Below are positions 9,231-20,200 of a stretch of 64,000 nucleotides of DNA, piece by piece. Under the pieces are notes generated by a model. That model made no database searches, was not told the DNA's origin, and saw nothing but the letters and a program-made list of their open reading frames with translations. How positions within the stretch are numbered: the first letter of the stretch is position 1; the number at the start of each line of letters is the position of its first letter. Origin of the DNA: Candidatus Aenigmatarchaeota archaeon (GTDB lineage: Archaea > Aenigmatarchaeota > Aenigmatarchaeia > PWEA01); the NCBI GenBank assembly GCA_046539325.1, contig JBKHHD010000002.1:1-64000 (forward strand), in the 5' to 3' direction. The position numbers and the translations under genes are program-made.

Positions 9231-11048
9231 CTAGGAAACGTAAACCTCTATATCCTTGCTGTTTGCCAGGGCCCTAACAAGACTCTCACCTAGCTCTGAA
9301 TCCTTAGTCAACTTTATCTCTCCGTTTTTGCCTATCGTAGCGGTAAAGAAGTATTCCTTGTCTATGTAGATGTTTGCGTTGCTTCCCGAATACTTGTCGT
9401 CAAAGTTGAAGGTGATGTAGGCTCCTGTTTCACCGATATCGAAATCTATGCTTTCGCCTGTCGTTTTTGTCTTCGGTTCAACGTCTATCTTGACGCCGAG
9501 CTTCTTTTCCAGTTCTTCAACAGTCTTCCCGTTCCTGCCTATAAGATGCGGAATGTTGTCGTTATCGACCTTCGCTGCTATTCTATCCTCGGATATAAAC
9601 TCTACCTCTGGATTATCGTCGAACCTCTTAAGCTCGTCTATTATCTTGTCCTTGGCTAAGCTCTGGACTCCTTTTTCTTCTTCGCTTTCCTGGACCGGGA
9701 CCACAATGTTTTCCTCACCATAGGTGTATATCTCGTACTCCAGCTCCTTTGTTTCAAAGTCTCTTATCTCTATCACCGGCCTTGCAAGGTCCTGCTCCTG
9801 CATTCCTGAAGGAACCTTGACCTTCATCTCCAAGGAATAAACCTTGGTTATATCACCGGCGTCTATATGTATTACAGTGTCAAGCACGTGTGGTATCATT
9901 CCAAGTTCAGTTCTTCCAACAAAGCGCTGAACCGCATCTATAGAATCTGAAGCATGAACCACGCCCACCATTCCTGTTCCTGCCAGCCTTAGATCAGCAA
10001 AGGTCGAAAAGTCGTATCCTTTCCTGACCTCATCGTATATTGTGTAGTCTGGTCTCACAAGAAGGAGGACATCAGCAGAGTTGTCCATCCTCCCCTCCAG
10101 CTCCGTGTACTGTGTTATATCCTCAGAAACGTCAAGATCCCTCGGTGACTCCAAGGTCTTGACAATGTTGCCTTGTGAACTGTAGAACTCCGCAAGCGAC
10201 TGCGCAAAGGTCGTCTTACCGCTTCCTGGATTCCCAGCTATAAGGATTCCCTCGGCCTTCTCCTCCAGCCTGCTCCTGAGCTTATCCGTTATAGAGTAAT
10301 CGTCAAGAGTAAGCTTGACCAGAGGCCTTACAGCAGTTATCTCCCTGCGGAGTGAAAAGGGTGGCTTGGCTATAACGATTCTATAGTCCTTGTACTGGAT
10401 TATTTCTGCACCTTTCTTCGACATCTCGACCTCAGCATCGTCCTTCTTCCTCGCAAGATCTATAATATTCTTACTCAGCTCCTCGAGCTCCTCCTTGTCT
10501 ATCTCCTTACCAGAAATCTCCTCAAGGCTAAAGCTTCCTGGTGAGCCTCTCTTAGCTTTGGGCCTACATCCCTCAACAAGATGAACGCTCATAGTATCTT
10601 CATCGAAGTAGTCTTCCAGCAGAAACTTATCCTCTTCCTCCTGCTTAACGTACACAACCCCAAGGCCTTCTGCTTCAGCAACCTGTGACTGAACGTAGTC
10701 TTCCGTGTAAAGAACAGCTTCCTCCTCGTCAACATGGTCCTTTATTAGCGCATCTATCCTTCCCTTTCCAGCAAGCTTTATCTCTTCTTCCGTCGGTCTC
10801 CTTCCTGTATGCGAGACCTCTATACCCTTATCTCCGAACTCTCTGAGATTCTTTATCTCATCCAGGCCCTCGTAGCCCGTTTCCTTGCCGCGGTTAGCCT
10901 GTGCCTGAAGCTCGTCGACTACGGCTTCGGGAACAATTATCTCTGTGTTATTTAACTCTCCTGCCTCAGCCATTTCGGAGAGCTTCTTGTCAATAAGAAT
11001 AGATGTGTCTGGAACGATCTTCTTTTTTCCGTTAGTTTTCTCTGACAT
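9231..11048 (-). CDS. PIN-domain ATPase with KH domain (PINA family)
   Basis: N-terminal PIN (VPDTS), GNPGSGKTT, RPDYTIYDEVR, GMVGVVHA, KH motif LIGRNG. Confidence 0.92.
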   Translation of the reverse strand: MSEKTNGKKKIVPDTSILIDKKLSEMAEAGELNNTEIIVPEAVVDELQAQANRGKETGYEGLDEIKNLREFGDKGIEVSHTGRRPTEEEIKLAGKGRIDALIKDHVDEEEAVLYTEDYVQSQVAEAEGLGVVYVKQEEEDKFLLEDYFDEDTMSVHLVEGCRPKAKRGSPGSFSLEEISGKEIDKEELEELSKNIIDLARKKDDAEVEMSKKGAEIIQYKDYRIVIAKPPFSLRREITAVRPLVKLTLDDYSITDKLRSRLEEKAEGILIAGNPGSGKTTFAQSLAEFYSSQGNIVKTLESPRDLDVSEDITQYTELEGRMDNSADVLLLVRPDYTIYDEVRKGYDFSTFADLRLAGTGMVGVVHASDSIDAVQRFVGRTELGMIPHVLDTVIHIDAGDITKVYSLEMKVKVPSGMQEQDLARPVIEIRDFETKELEYEIYTYGEENIVVPVQESEEEKGVQSLAKDKIIDELKRFDDNPEVEFISEDRIAAKVDNDNIPHLIGRNGKTVEELEKKLGVKIDVEPKTKTTGESIDFDIGETGAYITFNFDDKYSGSNANIYIDKEYFFTATIGKNGEIKLTKDSELGESLVRALANSKDIEVYVS

Positions 11049-11161
11049 TTACGACACCTATATAATTCTCTGGAGAAGGGGCCACGGTTAGCATCGACGT
11101 TAAGCTTTATAAGTCTTTCGGATACCTAAAAGTTAAAATATTGCAGACAAAAGAATAAACT

Positions 11162-11302
11162 ATGCCTACCTTCAAACAACTTATCCGTGAAGGTAAAAGA
11201 GCAAAGGAATGGGACAAAGGAACTATAATCAAATACAACGACAAGTATTACTGGCTTGACAACAAAAAAGAAAAAGTAGTTATGAAGGGTAATTTTATTT
11301 AA
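11162..11302 (+). CDS. Small basic hypothetical protein (46 aa, not in ORF track)
   Basis: Manual translation MPTFKQLIREGKRAKEWDKGTIIKYNDKYYWLDNKKEKVVMKGNFI; AT-rich box about 25 nt upstream; fills the intergenic gap. Confidence 0.5.
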   Translation: MPTFKQLIREGKRAKEWDKGTIIKYNDKYYWLDNKKEKVVMKGNFI

Positions 11303-11313
11303 CGTAGAAGCAG

Positions 11314-11784
11314 TTACTTCAGTTCTGCGACATCACCTATAGTCAGTTCCTCGTCTTCGCTCCTGAAGTTCTCCACTTCGATATCCAGTTCTTCGAAAAG
11401 CTCCACGTCAAGCTCCCTTTCAAGCTTTTCAGAAAGAGTTTCATCAGGCTTGAGCTCCTTGTTCTCCACTCTCCTTATCACGGACTCCTTCTCAGAAAGT
11501 TTTTTGGCAAGATCCTCCATCGTAAGATCTGCCTCTTCCCTGGCTTTCCTCACGACCTTTCCGTAGTTCTTTTTAAGGACCTCTTCTTCAGAAGATCTAG
11601 AACTTTCCAAAAATTTCTTCGGGGTTTTGCTTTTCTTCTTAGGTTTACGTTTCTTCGACGGAGACTTGGACTTTACGGTACCGAGGGAAGAACACTCCTC
11701 GCAAACTCTCATTTCGCTGCCTTCCACCTCAGCTACCTTGGATGCATCAGAAGCTCCACATACTTCACATTTCAAGAAAAACAC
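11314..11784 (-). CDS. mbf1: Multiprotein bridging factor 1 (archaeal MBF1)
   Basis: CEVCG...VEG..MRVC..C zinc ribbon plus C-terminal HTH; LTIGDV end. Confidence 0.92.
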   Translation of the reverse strand: MFFLKCEVCGASDASKVAEVEGSEMRVCEECSSLGTVKSKSPSKKRKPKKKSKTPKKFLESSRSSEEEVLKKNYGKVVRKAREEADLTMEDLAKKLSEKESVIRRVENKELKPDETLSEKLERELDVELFEELDIEVENFRSEDEELTIGDVAELK

Positions 11785-12018
11785 CCTCCTTTGGTCTTTC
11801 AGTATTTAAGGATTTACAGGTCAAGAAAATCATCTAAGTTTGATTTTACTTTTCCACAGTCTTAGTTTATTTGGTTCGGTTTAAATAATTTTCTAATTCC
11901 ACGCCAGAAATAGAAAATCCCGCGAAGTAGCCCTATCACGGCTTATATGCTACTTTTCAGTGACTTTGAGATATAAATGTTTTGGGGTCAAATATATGCC
12001 CTATGGGGTGTGTTCAAT

Positions 12019-13557
12019 ATGAACGATAATGAATTAGGCGGATTGGATAACGGTTTAGATTACGAAATCAACAAAGACATGGAACTTGAGGAGCTAGAAG
12101 AAAAGGTAAAGGGTTACCAGGAAGATCTCAACAATACTGAAGACAAGCTTGACAATGCAGAAGAGCTTAATCTCGACCGATGGTATAAAATTCTCGAAAA
12201 AGAAAAGGAATACTCCGAAAAACTTGATACAACATTAAAGGAAGCTATGAATAGAGGGATTGAGAATTTCGACTTTGACTTCCTAAAGGATAGAGATGAC
12301 ATAGATATATACGAACTTGCGGATCAGATCATTAAAGACGAAATTTCAGAAGAAGACGCCAAGACTTTACTGGAAGAAAAGAGTTACAATGAATTTATGA
12401 AATTCAAGAAGTATGTCGAAGAAGCCGGTGAATCGATTAAGAGAATAAATCACAAGGTAAACAACAACAAAGGACTTCTTGTTCAAAAGGCAAGGGAACT
12501 CTATGAGAATAAAAACGAGCTCCAGGAAATTAAGAACGACCACTATGAGGCTTCTATAGCTAGTATAATGGCTATGCTTGAGGACAAGCTAGGAGGCGAA
12601 GCTGTGGGATACGAAGAAGCAAAGGAAGCCTACGAGCTATACGAAAAGGAGAGGGAGGAAAAGGATCTCCCGCCGTTGACGGTAGGTATGCTTTCTGGAC
12701 TGGCAGGCGACAAGGAGCTCCGAGATAAGTGTTTATTGAGCAGTGAGGCTCTGACAACTGAAATAAAGGATCCGAGCGATCTTGTACAGACATACGAAAT
12801 AATAGATGCGGTTGAGAATCCTGACTACCATTTTGAGTTGAAAGGCAATGTAGGAGCAGGGATAACGGCAGGTCTGTTGTTGGGTGCAGCGGTGGCTGGT
12901 GCTGCAGCACTTCCAGAGGACACAGAACTGGAATGGGATGGAGGACCTACGCTTGCTGAATACAGTGATCTAGACACGGACATAACTGGCGGGGCTACCC
13001 AAGAGAACCTGACGATTACTGGTACCGTGGAGGGTGGTGATGCCCAGATTTCACTGGAACCAGTAAACATAGGAGGAAGCCTTGGCCTGGAGGACACGAA
13101 AGGAAACCTCTTTGTAAACGATACTACTGGCCAGGTCGAGTTTGGCACCGGCAACGTGTCACAGATAATAAACGCGACCGATGGAAACGTATGGCTCAAT
13201 GAAACAGAGGGATTTCTTGAAATAAACGAAGGAGAGCTTGCAGGTAGATGGGAACAGATCAACAGAAGCGAGCTTGACGCTGAGGTCGAGGAAATAGACT
13301 TAGAGATAGACGCACAAACTCAAGGAGAACAGAAGACCCAGACTTCATTAATACCAGCCCTCACTGCTTCCGTCGTCGGTGGTGGTGTAGTCGGTTACTT
13401 GAACAATAAGCTAAATCAGGTAAAGAAAAAGGAAGACGAAGACCTGGCAGAATTTGTCACGAGGAAGTACAATGCTTCAAGGGAAATAGAGGAAGCATCC
13501 AGAGAAGCTTTCAAAGATTTCTACAAGGAGATGCGGGAATGGGAGAAGGAAGAGTGA
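12019..13557 (+). CDS. Hypothetical membrane protein: long coiled-coil, two Gly/Ala-rich hydrophobic segments flanking an acidic beta-rich domain
   Basis: GGGGTG SD before ATG 12019; GAGITAGLLLGAAVAGAAA and LIPALTASVVGGGVVGYL segments; several NxS/T sequons between them. Confidence 0.7.
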   Translation: MNDNELGGLDNGLDYEINKDMELEELEEKVKGYQEDLNNTEDKLDNAEELNLDRWYKILEKEKEYSEKLDTTLKEAMNRGIENFDFDFLKDRDDIDIYELADQIIKDEISEEDAKTLLEEKSYNEFMKFKKYVEEAGESIKRINHKVNNNKGLLVQKARELYENKNELQEIKNDHYEASIASIMAMLEDKLGGEAVGYEEAKEAYELYEKEREEKDLPPLTVGMLSGLAGDKELRDKCLLSSEALTTEIKDPSDLVQTYEIIDAVENPDYHFELKGNVGAGITAGLLLGAAVAGAAALPEDTELEWDGGPTLAEYSDLDTDITGGATQENLTITGTVEGGDAQISLEPVNIGGSLGLEDTKGNLFVNDTTGQVEFGTGNVSQIINATDGNVWLNETEGFLEINEGELAGRWEQINRSELDAEVEEIDLEIDAQTQGEQKTQTSLIPALTASVVGGGVVGYLNNKLNQVKKKEDEDLAEFVTRKYNASREIEEASREAFKDFYKEMREWEKEE

Positions 13558-13598
13558 TTTAAAGAAATAACTTTCTGCTTCGTTCAAAGGGGGGTTAA

Positions 13599-16500
13599 AT
13601 GAAGGATAAGACAACAACTTCGGCAGTTAGAAGAATATTGTTAATCCTACCAATTTTCCTTATTTTTCTACCAACAGCTTCAGCAGCCTCCACGTCTTCG
13701 TTTGAAATGCTAATAAATGCAAGTGGTTTCGTAGAAAACAACAGAGAACAAGCCATAGAAGGAGCAAATGTAACTTTATGGTCACCCGGCGACGACCACT
13801 ACTGTGAAATTCCAGGAATTTCTTCAAGAAGCGAGCTAACAGATGAACACGGTTACTGGGAAATGCTGGACTACGGTGAAGTCGTATCAGGAGGTGACTA
13901 TTGTTATCTGATTCTAACAGTTGAAGAAGACGGGCATTATACGAACGAGACAGAAGTAAGGATTGAAACGGAGGAGCAGGAATACGAATGGAACAGAACA
14001 CTTGAACACAAATCGAACTTTGAAGTCGAGATAGTAGAACCAAAGGAAGGTGATGAATTTGCAGAAAACGAAGGGGTTGAAGTTACCTATCTTGTAGAAA
14101 ACACAGGTGATGCAAACGGAACACAGGACATAGAGTTCTTCGTAGACGGTGAGCACCAAGCTACAGAGGAGGACTTTACTCTAGAAGAAGGTGAATCAGA
14201 ATACGGGACCTTTGAGTGGACCGCAGACACGCCACATGGAGAGCGTGAGCTTTCTGTGGAGAGTTACGATGACTCCGATTCTGTAACAGTTGCTGTGGGG
14301 TTACATAAACTAACTATACAATCAACGGACGGAGGAGAAGCTGTGGAACCAGGTGAAGGTACATTTGAATATAAACACAACGAAACAGTTGATATTGAGG
14401 CTGTTGCAGAAGACAACTCGGACTTTTTATATTGGTCAGGTGATGTTGGAAACATCGAAGATGTGGAATCACCAGTGACCTCAATAGTAATGCAGGACAA
14501 CTATACAATAACTGCTGAGTTTTCTAAAGAGACCCCGGAACTTGAATTATCTTCAACAGAAGGTGGAGAGGTTTCGGAGCCTGGTGAAGGGACCTTCCAG
14601 TACGACCACGGTGAAGTCGTCGATATTGTCGCAGAAGCGGATGAAGGTTGGGAGTTCACTGAATGGACGGGTGATGTAGGTAATGTTAATGACACCGACT
14701 CAGCGGAAACCAACGTAACGATGGAAGACAATTACTCCATAACTGCTGAGTTTGAAAGGAAGGAATACGAGCTGGGGGTAAATGTTCAGGGCCAAGGTGA
14801 GGAGCTGAACCACGGACAAGGTCTTCACAGGATTGATTTCGGTGAAACAGTAGAACTAGAAGCCTCTCCTTCAGATGGATGGTACTTTGACCAATGGTCC
14901 GGATATAAGGACTCTCAAAGTAAAACTGTCTCGTTTGATATGCCTGCCAAGGACACAAATATGACGGCAAGTTTCGGTGAGTATGGTGTAGATGTAACAG
15001 CACCGGAGGATGATGAGGTTGTTAAGAAGGGAAGGTACAAGTATAACTTTACTGTCAAGAATACTGGAGATACTCAAGACACGTACAATATAACTGTAAG
15101 CGAGGAGGGGAGCTGGTTGGTAGATACGAGGACGATAACTCTTGAACCTGATGAAACCAGAAACGTTACAGCGACTCTTGAGATACCTGGGGACGATATA
15201 ACCGAGAACAATACGATAACACTGAACGCGACGAGTCAGAGTGACGATACGGTTTCGGACTCCGATTCATTCAACGTTCACTTCAAGGAGTACTACAACG
15301 TCTCTGTTGAGGCTCCGGTAAATACTACGGTGCCAGAAGCAGGAAACTACAGCTATGATTTCCTTGTGAACAATACCGGGAACAGAGAGGATACTTATGA
15401 TCTAACTGTTAGCGATACGGAAGGCTGGAACGTGGAGGCTCAGGACTCGGTAACTGTAGGTGCGTGGAACGAGACCTGGGTGGAGGTGAACGTAACTGTC
15501 CCTGAGGGTACCAAGGGCGTAACCAATGAAATAAACCTCACGGCCCAAAGCAACAACGCGAGTGACTGGGATTCGTTTAACGTAACACATAAGACTGTGG
15601 AATATAGCTTCGAAATTCTTCAAACCATAGGAAACGGAACGGTATACGTCAACGGCAGCGAGGTAGAGCCCTATTATCAGGACGAGTTTGTCCATCGCTC
15701 TGTAATTGAAGTAAACGCCAGTCCTGATCCAGGATGGAACTTCAGCCATTGGATGGGTGATTACCCTGAAGGAAACCAAACGGAAAACATCATAGCTCTT
15801 GAGATGGATGGGAACAAGACTTTGAGAGGATACTTTGAAAATATCACAGAAGATATCAAGCACAACCTTACTATGAACGTAGACGGCGAAGGAACTACTG
15901 TTCCAGAGAAAGGAGTTCACGAATACTCGCACGGCGAACTGGTAATCCTGAAAGCAATGCCTGATGAATGCTGGGATTTCAGCAACTGGAAGGGAGGTAT
16001 AATGGACCACTACACGGGAAACGAAAGCGAAGTGACGGTCCTTATGGACGAAGATAAGAATATAACTGCAAACTTTACCCGACCATCCGAATGTCATAGG
16101 CTGACAATAGAAACACAAGGAAGCGGTACAACCGATCCAAGCCCAGGGGACCATTACTTTGAATCCGACGAAGTAGCTACAGTTGAAGCAACTCCAGACA
16201 GTGGATGGGAATTTGATAAATGGACAGGTGATGTCGATGGAACCGGAACTACAATAGACGTGGCCATGGACAGTGATAAATCAATAACAGCAAATTTCAA
16301 GGAAACGGATGATGGTGATGGAGGATCAGGAGGAGGGGGAGGAGGTGGAAGACCTAGTCCCATAGAGCCTGTAGTCCGTCCTGTAGCGAATGCAGGAGAT
16401 GATATCGAAGGCTACATATTTGAAAGTATAGCCTTTGAGGGCACAGGAAGCATTGAGGAAGGCTCGATAGAAGCATACAGATGGGACTTTGACGGCGATG

Positions 16501-17120
16501 GAACATGGGACTACGAAGACACCGAAGACGGCACGACAACACATGTATACAACCAATCAGACATATACGAAGCTGTCTTCGAAGTGGAAAGCAGTGAAGG
16601 ATACACTGACAACGATACTACAAAGGTTTTTGTATACCGAACAGACCATGGAAAGCCCAAGGAAAGTAGAAGAACAGTCATAAAGGATATGTTTATTGAT
16701 GGCTTCATGGCCCAGTACATCTACGACTCAGAGGAAAATACAACGTCCTTTGAACTAAACGTCGAAAACAACTACACAAGCCCAAAGATTGCCAGAATAA
16801 ATGTAACTCTTCCAGAAGAGCTGTCGAAGGATATTCAAGATATTGACGCAAGTCCCCTTGAGTATGAAACCGTAAACAGTAGTCTAGTCTGGGAAATCAG
16901 ATTAGATCCTGGTGAAAACACGACAGTCAGTTTCAGTAAACCCGGATACATATCTGAAGAGACATTCAAGAAGATAAGAATCAGGGTGGACATGCTTGAC
17001 GTCGAAGCGCCTACAGGATTCCTCACGAGAGCAGTTTCGAACCCTGTTTTCTTTGCACTTATACTTGGAATAATCTGGATAATTCGGGAGATTCTGGTAG
17101 GCAACTTTTCCACGAAATGA
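13599..17120 (+). CDS. Cell-surface glycoprotein/adhesin: CARDB-like, InlB-B/bacterial-repeat, PKD domains, C-terminal TM anchor
   Basis: Signal peptide; repeated GW.F..W.GD...M..N..ITA.F units; V.NTG...DTY; PKD WDFDGDG; C-terminal hydrophobic helix; many sequons. Confidence 0.85.
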   Translation: MKDKTTTSAVRRILLILPIFLIFLPTASAASTSSFEMLINASGFVENNREQAIEGANVTLWSPGDDHYCEIPGISSRSELTDEHGYWEMLDYGEVVSGGDYCYLILTVEEDGHYTNETEVRIETEEQEYEWNRTLEHKSNFEVEIVEPKEGDEFAENEGVEVTYLVENTGDANGTQDIEFFVDGEHQATEEDFTLEEGESEYGTFEWTADTPHGERELSVESYDDSDSVTVAVGLHKLTIQSTDGGEAVEPGEGTFEYKHNETVDIEAVAEDNSDFLYWSGDVGNIEDVESPVTSIVMQDNYTITAEFSKETPELELSSTEGGEVSEPGEGTFQYDHGEVVDIVAEADEGWEFTEWTGDVGNVNDTDSAETNVTMEDNYSITAEFERKEYELGVNVQGQGEELNHGQGLHRIDFGETVELEASPSDGWYFDQWSGYKDSQSKTVSFDMPAKDTNMTASFGEYGVDVTAPEDDEVVKKGRYKYNFTVKNTGDTQDTYNITVSEEGSWLVDTRTITLEPDETRNVTATLEIPGDDITENNTITLNATSQSDDTVSDSDSFNVHFKEYYNVSVEAPVNTTVPEAGNYSYDFLVNNTGNREDTYDLTVSDTEGWNVEAQDSVTVGAWNETWVEVNVTVPEGTKGVTNEINLTAQSNNASDWDSFNVTHKTVEYSFEILQTIGNGTVYVNGSEVEPYYQDEFVHRSVIEVNASPDPGWNFSHWMGDYPEGNQTENIIALEMDGNKTLRGYFENITEDIKHNLTMNVDGEGTTVPEKGVHEYSHGELVILKAMPDECWDFSNWKGGIMDHYTGNESEVTVLMDEDKNITANFTRPSECHRLTIETQGSGTTDPSPGDHYFESDEVATVEATPDSGWEFDKWTGDVDGTGTTIDVAMDSDKSITANFKETDDGDGGSGGGGGGGRPSPIEPVVRPVANAGDDIEGYIFESIAFEGTGSIEEGSIEAYRWDFDGDGTWDYEDTEDGTTTHVYNQSDIYEAVFEVESSEGYTDNDTTKVFVYRTDHGKPKESRRTVIKDMFIDGFMAQYIYDSEENTTSFELNVENNYTSPKIARINVTLPEELSKDIQDIDASPLEYETVNSSLVWEIRLDPGENTTVSFSKPGYISEETFKKIRIRVDMLDVEAPTGFLTRAVSNPVFFALILGIIWIIREILVGNFSTK

Positions 17121-17295
17121 AGTTTCCGGATACCTTTAAATACTTTACAAATCCACTTTCAACAGTGATTGATATGGCAGGTGGACGTTTTATCCAAGGT
17201 TGAGGAAACCTTTGTCTGCTTCTATTTATTTGAAAACTGCCTGGCAAAGAAAAAGAATATAAAAGAAACTGAGGAATATTTTAGAGTCCGGTAGC

Positions 17296-20200
17296 ATGAA
17301 CGAGGAATACGATCCGAAGGTGATTGAAAAAGAAATAAGACAGTTCTGGAGAGAGAACAGCATAAAGGAAAAGGTAAGGAAGGAGAACAAAGGTAAGGAG
17401 AAGTTCTTTTTGCTGGACGGACCACCTTACCTGACAGGAAACCCGCATTTAGGGCATATGCTGAACAAGGTCGTGAAGGATACGGTTCTCCGTGTAAAGA
17501 GAATGCAAGGCTACGACGCGTGGGATCAGGCAGGCTTCGATGCACATGGACTGCCTAACGAAGTGAAGACGGAGGAGAAGCTCGGAATAGAAAAGAAGAC
17601 GGATATAGGTACCAAGATTTCTGTGGAAAAGTTTATAGAAGAGTGTAAGAAGAGAGCTGTCTCCTCTGAAAACGTTTGGAAGAACGTTATGGAGAAACTG
17701 GCTGTATGGCAGGACTTCGAAGATCCGTATATAACCTTCCATGATTCCTACATAGAGTCGGAATGGTGGTTTGTAAAACAGGCCGCTGAGAAGGATCTCA
17801 TCTACAAGAAGAAGAGGCCCATGTACTGGTGCCCGAGGTGTATGACATCGCTCTCACAGAACGAGATAAGCGATGAGTACAAGACCATAGAGGACCATTC
17901 AATCTTTGTAAAGTTCCCAAGAAAGGATAAGGAGAACGAATACTTCCTCATATGGACCACAACGCCTTGGACGATTCCAGGAAACGTCGCTATACTTATG
18001 CACCCGGACTTCAGGTACGCAAGGGTGAAGACGGAAGAAGGCGTATTGATAATGGCGAAGGATCTCGTAGAGGACGTCATGGAAAAACTTGGTATAGAGG
18101 ACTACAAGATATTGAATACGGTGGATGGAGCTTCCTTGCAGGGCAAGGAGTACGTGCATCCGCTTCGCGAAGAGGTTCCGAAGCACGAAGAGCTGGATGA
18201 ATCGATGAACGTTCATAGAATACTGAACTCCAGAAATCTTGTAACACTGGAGCAAGGTACCGGATGCGTGCACACAGCACCGGGCCACGGTGAGGAGGAC
18301 TACGAAGCAACGAGGAAGTACGAGCTGGATGTTTTCTCGCCGGTCAACGATGAAGGAAACTTCACCGAAGAGGCTGGAAAGTACGAAGGCGGTTACGTTC
18401 ACGACACAAACGAAGATGTTCTGGACGACCTGAGGACAAAGGGATATCTCATAGGCGATACTACTATAGAGCATGAGTATCCGCACTGCTGGAGATGCAA
18501 GACAAAGATAATCCAGCGCGCCACGAAACAGTGGTATATAGACGTAAGCTCCCTCAAGTTCGACATGCTTGAGGAGAACGAAAAGGTAAACTGGATTCCA
18601 GGGAAGATTAGGAAGAGGTTCGAGAACTGGCTGGAAAGGGGAAAGGACTGGTGTATATCCAGGCAGCGTTACTGGGGCGTGCCCATACCTATATGGGTTT
18701 GTGAGGAGTGCGGCGAAAGGGAGGTCATAGGTTCCTTCGATGAGCTTGAAGAGAAGGTAGGTGAGCTGCCGGAAGACTTTGATCCACACAAGCCGCAGGC
18801 TGACGAGTGGAAATGGGACTGTGACTGTGGCGGAACCATGGAAAGGACTGAAGACCTTCTGGATGTATGGTGTGATTCGGGCTGCGCACCCTTCGCCTCC
18901 ACACATTATCCCTTTGAAGAAGAGCCCTTCCAGTCCCTGCGCCCTATGGACTTCATAGTCGAGGGCAGCGACCAGATAGCGAAGTGGTTCTACTACCTGA
19001 TGCTATGCAGCGTTCTGGCTTTTGACGAAGCTCCTTCAAAGGAAGTTTTAATGCACGCCTTCGTTCTCGACGAAGAAGGCAAAGCGATGTCCAAGTCACT
19101 GGGAAACGTCATAGAGCCCGAGGAGATAATAGAAAAAATGGGGACGGACATACCAAGGTTCTGGATACTGGAGAACTCACCGCTCTGGGAAAATCCCAAG
19201 GTGAAGCTTGATGAGATAGAGAACGAAGGGTACAAGATATTTTCCGTTTACTGGAACACCGCCCAGTTCCTTGAGAAGTACAGGAACGGAAAGATCGTAA
19301 GGCCGGGGAAGCTTAGGCCCGAGGACAGATGGATACTGTCCCGGTTGGAAAAAATGGTAAAGGAAGGGCATAAAAGGTACGAGGACAAGCATTTCCACAA
19401 CTTCTGCAGGAAGTGGAGGGACTTCGTTCTCGAGGACCTCTCCCGCTGGTATGTAAAGTCCGTGAGAGACCGTGCGAGGAAAGGCGATGAGGCTGCCCTA
19501 TGGACCCTTAAACAATGTATAAAGAAGTCAACACTGATCATAGCTCCGATAGTTCCACATGTAACTGAAAAGGTCTACAGAGACGTACTGAAAGGTGAAA
19601 GAGAAAGCGTCCATACCGAGGAGTTCCCTGAAGTTGAGAAAGGGAGGATAAACGAGGAGCTGGAGGAAGAGATGAAGATAACAAGGGACGTTGTAAACCA
19701 GATATTTTCTCTCCGCGAGGAAGAAGGGAGGAAGTTAAGATGGCCTGTAAAGAGAGCTGTAGTTTCCACGGAGGACGAAGTGAGGGATAAGTTGAGGAAC
19801 ATGGAGAAGCTCATCAAGGACATGGGAAACGTCAGGGATCTGGAGTTCGGTGAGGTGGAAACGAAGCTCGAGACCAAGCCCGACTACTCGAACCTAGGAC
19901 CGAAGTTCAAAGGAGACGCGGAAAAGGTCGCAGATACAATAGAGGAGCTGACGGAAGAGGAAGCAAAGGAACTGAAGGAGAAGGGAAGTTTGAAGAAGCA
20001 AGGCTTTGAGATAAGCGAAGACGACGTAAAGTTCTCGAGATCAACTTCCGAGTCTATATCCGGCAAGGACTTCGGCCAAGGAAAGGTATTTCTGGACATG
20101 GAGATGACGCCGGAGCTTGAGGAAGAAGCTGCACTATCTGAGCTCACAAGGGACATACAGCTCTCGAGGAAGGAAGAAGGCCTGCACGTAAAGGACAAGG

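Noticed and set aside
11162-11200. MPTFKQLIREG resembles the N-terminus of bacterial ribosomal protein S12
   Set aside because: Similarity stops after about 11 residues and no S12 core motifs follow
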